This document shows, one piece after another, positions 15,657 through 18,489 of a stretch of DNA of 18,489 nt. Numbering within the stretch: position 1 is the stretch's first letter; every line of letters starts with the position of its first letter. The notes beneath the pieces were generated by a model. It saw nothing but the letters and a program-made list of their open reading frames with translations. It was not told where the DNA came from and did not search any database. Origin of the DNA: Promethearchaeota archaeon (GTDB taxonomy: Archaea; Asgardarchaeota; Lokiarchaeia; Sigyniarchaeales; SOKP01); contig JBHLOC010000063.1 in assembly GCA_048940925.1 (NCBI GenBank), positions 1 through 18,489 of the forward strand, given 5' to 3'. Both the position numbers and the translations under genes were made by a program.

Positions 15657-17066
15657 ATGACTACTCCAGAATTAAATACAAAAGAAACCGAATGGGCACA
15701 ACCTAAAGATATAAAGGAGAATAGAGAGATCATTATTCGAGTAGAAAACCTTAAGACATATTATCCAATAATAGGAGGTTTATTTAAACGTAAAATTGGA
15801 GAGGTTAAAGCCGTTGATGGGGTAACCTTCAATCTCTATAAAAATGAAACATTAGGTTTAGTAGGAGAGAGTGGATGTGGAAAAACCACAATTGGAAATA
15901 CTATTCTCAATCTAGTTAATAATACAGAGGGGCAGATATTTTATAAGGATAGAAGAATTGATTCAAAGAGATTCCAAGGGCTATGGGAACGAATAGCTCA
16001 AAGATTCAGAAATCTTTTTCTCCTGGCTTTACCAATCGTTTATATGAAAATTAAAGGAAAAATCGATAAATGGAGAAGTATAATCCCATCTGCTAAAAAC
16101 TTTAAATTTTTGGTTGGTTTAATTTTTGTTTTTCTAGCAAGTTTTGGGTTAACATTTATTGCAGGTCATTATGAAGTAATAGCAGCTATTTTTGCGGGTT
16201 TAGGTCTTTTTGCTATTATTACTTTAATATATACAACCTTATCGATTAAAATTTCTTATGTCGAAGCAAAATCTATTGCTAAACAAATCCAAAAAGATTT
16301 ATTGGTTGATAAGTTTATACGAAAAAAAATTCAGATGGTGTTTCAAGATCCTGATGCTTCATTGAATCCACGTTGGAAAATTGTAAATATTATTGGTGAA
16401 CCACTTAGAATTTTAGAAGGTATAACTAAAAAGAGAAGAATAAGGAAAAGAGTGTTTGAACTTCTAGAAACAGTTTCAATGAAGCAAGAGCATTTGGATC
16501 GATATCCTCACGAATTTTCTGGAGGTCAGAAACAAAGAATTGTAATTGCAAGGGCATTAGCAAGTAATCCTGAAGTAATTATTTTGGATGAACCCACATC
16601 CGCTTTAGATGTATCGGTACAAGCTCAAATTCTAAACTTATTGAGAGAACTCCAGAATGAATTTGATTTATCTTATATGTTTATTACCCATGATCTTAGT
16701 GTTGTTCAGCATATCGCTGATAGGATCGCTGTAATGTATCTGGGAAAGTTTGTTGAAACCGGTACAGTTGATGAAGTGTTTTATAATCCCACACATCCTT
16801 ATTCGAGGGCCCTGTTATCAGCAAGACCTACGTTCGATCCAACATCAAAAACAAATAGAATTATCTTAGAAGGAGATGTTCCTAGCCCAATAAATCCCCC
16901 TGAAGGGTGTCCTTTTCACCCTAGATGTCAAGAAAAAGGTGATCATATAGGATGCGGTATAGAAGAACCTAGAAAAATTCATTTAGGTGGAGATCATTAT
17001 ATCATGTGCCTTCCTTTTAAAGATGAGAAAAAATCTTATGAAGGGATGAAATTTATTTCAGATTAA
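15657..17066 (+). CDS. dppF: Peptide ABC transporter ATP-binding protein DppF/OppF with an internal transmembrane-hairpin insertion, 469 aa
   Basis: Walker A GESGCGKT, VFQDP, FSGGQKQR, IILDEPT, ITHD and GCPFHPRC...C...C; ~110-aa hydrophobic insertion between Walker A and the Q-loop. Confidence 0.93.
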   Translation: MTTPELNTKETEWAQPKDIKENREIIIRVENLKTYYPIIGGLFKRKIGEVKAVDGVTFNLYKNETLGLVGESGCGKTTIGNTILNLVNNTEGQIFYKDRRIDSKRFQGLWERIAQRFRNLFLLALPIVYMKIKGKIDKWRSIIPSAKNFKFLVGLIFVFLASFGLTFIAGHYEVIAAIFAGLGLFAIITLIYTTLSIKISYVEAKSIAKQIQKDLLVDKFIRKKIQMVFQDPDASLNPRWKIVNIIGEPLRILEGITKKRRIRKRVFELLETVSMKQEHLDRYPHEFSGGQKQRIVIARALASNPEVIILDEPTSALDVSVQAQILNLLRELQNEFDLSYMFITHDLSVVQHIADRIAVMYLGKFVETGTVDEVFYNPTHPYSRALLSARPTFDPTSKTNRIILEGDVPSPINPPEGCPFHPRCQEKGDHIGCGIEEPRKIHLGGDHYIMCLPFKDEKKSYEGMKFISD

Positions 17067-17092
17067 TTTTTTTTCTTTTTTATTTATTTTTT
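17067..17092 (+). terminator. Oligo-T terminator candidate at the end of the dpp operon
   Basis: TTTTTTTTCTTTTTTATTTATTTTTT directly after the dppF stop codon. Confidence 0.55.
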
Positions 17093-17156
17093 CAACAGGT
17101 AATTATATTTTCTAATATTACATCATTAAAGATTGATTAAAACTAATTAATTCTTC

Positions 17157-18329
17157 ATGATGCCAAAAAACTCTCAAGTCTATGTGATTAAAACATCCTC
17201 TAACTCTATTTTAGAAGATTATCAGAATCTAATGCACCTTACCGGATACCAAAAAATCTTTGATATAAATAGTAAGATAATTTTAAAATTAAATTTAAGT
17301 TGGTCTAAATTCTTCCCCGCTTGCTCTAGCCCTCCATGGCAAGTTGAAGGTATACTTAAAGCAATGATTAAAGATGGTTTTGATCCAAAAAAAATTTTTA
17401 CTGCTGAAAATCGAACAGTAGTAACTAATATAGAGAAAGGATTAAAGGGGAACAAGTGGACACCAATTATAAAGAAATATGGTGTTAAGTTCGTACCCCT
17501 AACTCGTATTCCATTTGTTTCATATGAATCTTTAAGATCTAATTTTATAGCCCTTAAAAATAAAAAACTTCATGCTTTAGATTCTAAAATATTTCCTGAT
17601 GGATTTAAAATTCCCAAATTTTATATTGGAAAACCCATAATTCATCTTCCTACAATGAAGACACATGGTCATACAGGTGCTGTAGGTGGTTCATTAAGGA
17701 AAACCTCCGAAGAAATGAAACACGGCGGTATAACTTGTGCTATGAAAAATGCTTTTGGGGGATTGTTAACAAAGAGAAGACATTTTTCACATCAATATAT
17801 GTCTGAGGTTTTAGTAGATCTCTTAATCATCCAGAAGCAAATACATCCTCAAATTCTCTCAGTAGTTGATGGAACAGTATGCGGTGATGGAGCAGGACCA
17901 AGAACAATGATTCCTCGTATAAAAAATTATTTACTTGCAGGCTATGATCAAGTTGCTGTTGATACCGTAGTCGCTCGAATGTTTGGTTTTAAACCATTAG
18001 AACTACCTGCTATAAAATTGGCCCATGATGAAGGTCTTGGGTGTGGAGATTTTGATCAGATTGAGATTATTGGGGAGGATGTATCAAATATTAATTGGAA
18101 TTTTAAAGTGAAACGCAGTCTAGTAATATGGGGGGATCAAATGGTAAGAAAAGGACAATTACATTTTCTTTATCCATTATTCCGTAGCGAACTCTTCTTC
18201 TTAATTCCAACTTATGCATCTATGATCTATCATGATATGTTGTGGTATCCTTTAATTGGTAGGAAAAGAATTAAGATATTTTACAAAACTGAATGGGGTA
18301 AAATGTTCAAGGCATATCCAGTTAAATAA
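17157..18329 (+). CDS. DUF362-domain protein, 390 aa
   Basis: IILKLNL, LPTMKTHGHT, TCAMKNAFGG, VVDGTVCGDGAGP and AGYDQVAVDTV follow the DUF362 pattern (K.N ... P.lKtH ... T.amKN.fG ... D.....G.GP ... D.vA.D). Confidence 0.85.
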   Translation: MMPKNSQVYVIKTSSNSILEDYQNLMHLTGYQKIFDINSKIILKLNLSWSKFFPACSSPPWQVEGILKAMIKDGFDPKKIFTAENRTVVTNIEKGLKGNKWTPIIKKYGVKFVPLTRIPFVSYESLRSNFIALKNKKLHALDSKIFPDGFKIPKFYIGKPIIHLPTMKTHGHTGAVGGSLRKTSEEMKHGGITCAMKNAFGGLLTKRRHFSHQYMSEVLVDLLIIQKQIHPQILSVVDGTVCGDGAGPRTMIPRIKNYLLAGYDQVAVDTVVARMFGFKPLELPAIKLAHDEGLGCGDFDQIEIIGEDVSNINWNFKVKRSLVIWGDQMVRKGQLHFLYPLFRSELFFLIPTYASMIYHDMLWYPLIGRKRIKIFYKTEWGKMFKAYPVK

Positions 18330-18375
18330 TGTCATCTCAACATCAGTTTAAATTTTCTACATGCGTAGAATTTAT

Positions 18376-18489
18376 TCAGAAAATAGCATTCTTAATTAGT
18401 TTGTTGAAATTCTTATTTAAACTCGAATCCTCTAATTTTAAATGAATAAAAAACTCAATAGAACCTTCTTTACCTAATATTGGTGATTT
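18376..18489 (-). CDS. tlyA: 3' end (partial) of a TlyA-family rRNA 2'-O-methyltransferase
   Basis: Not in the ORF track. The minus strand reads KSPILGKEGSIEFFIHLKLEDSSLNKNFNKLIKNAIF* (stop at 18376-18378), resembling the TlyA C-terminal motif SPI.G..GN.EF..hl. Only 37 codons are visible. Confidence 0.62.
   Translation of the reverse strand, partial: KSPILGKEGSIEFFIHLKLEDSSLNKNFNKLIKNAIF

Noticed and set aside
15963-16295. DppF (or DppD) insertion as an intein or intron
   Set aside because: No C/S start with His-Asn end, no LAGLIDADG motif, no BHB seen; the inserts are in frame and look like TM or coiled-coil helices.
17222-17455. 77-aa minus-strand ORF
   Set aside because: Antisense shadow of the DUF362 gene.
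18355-18370. Small hairpin TTCTAC-ATGC-GTAGAA between convergent genes
   Set aside because: Only 6 bp, single copy and likely by chance; too weak to call a terminator or repeat.
1-18489. CRISPR arrays, transposases, integrases, tandem repeats, in-frame stop recoding
   Set aside because: None seen by eye; all long ORFs are uninterrupted and no duplicated tRNA 3' end (att site) was noticed.

Overview
AT-rich archaeal DNA, most likely an Asgard archaeon of the Lokiarchaeia type. This is an inference from a ribophorin I homologue, an archaeal/eukaryotic-type Sec61beta and GPT, a BHB-intron tRNA and TATA/oligo-T signals. Left half (16-8055): a membrane-protein biogenesis/N-glycosylation neighbourhood. 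Sec61beta is divergent from ribophorin I (OST1/RPN1-like), followed by a long Trm112, a tRNA-Gln(TTG) with a 29-nt BHB intron in the T-loop (59/60) and C33, GlcNAc-1-P transferase (GPT/AglH), a large multi-domain M48 protease and a polyprenyl-phosphate phosphoribosyltransferase-type UbiA. A convergent membrane-embedded M28 peptidase follows. Right half: a Dpp/Opp peptide ABC transporter (dppA, an unknown ~5-TM gene, dppB, dppC, dppD, dppF). Both ATPases carry unusual insertions: a coiled coil in DppD and a transmembrane hairpin inside the DppF nucleotide-binding domain. The window ends with a DUF362 protein and the 3' end of a TlyA-like gene. No mobile element or CRISPR array was seen. All family calls come from motif recognition by eye; no searches were run.
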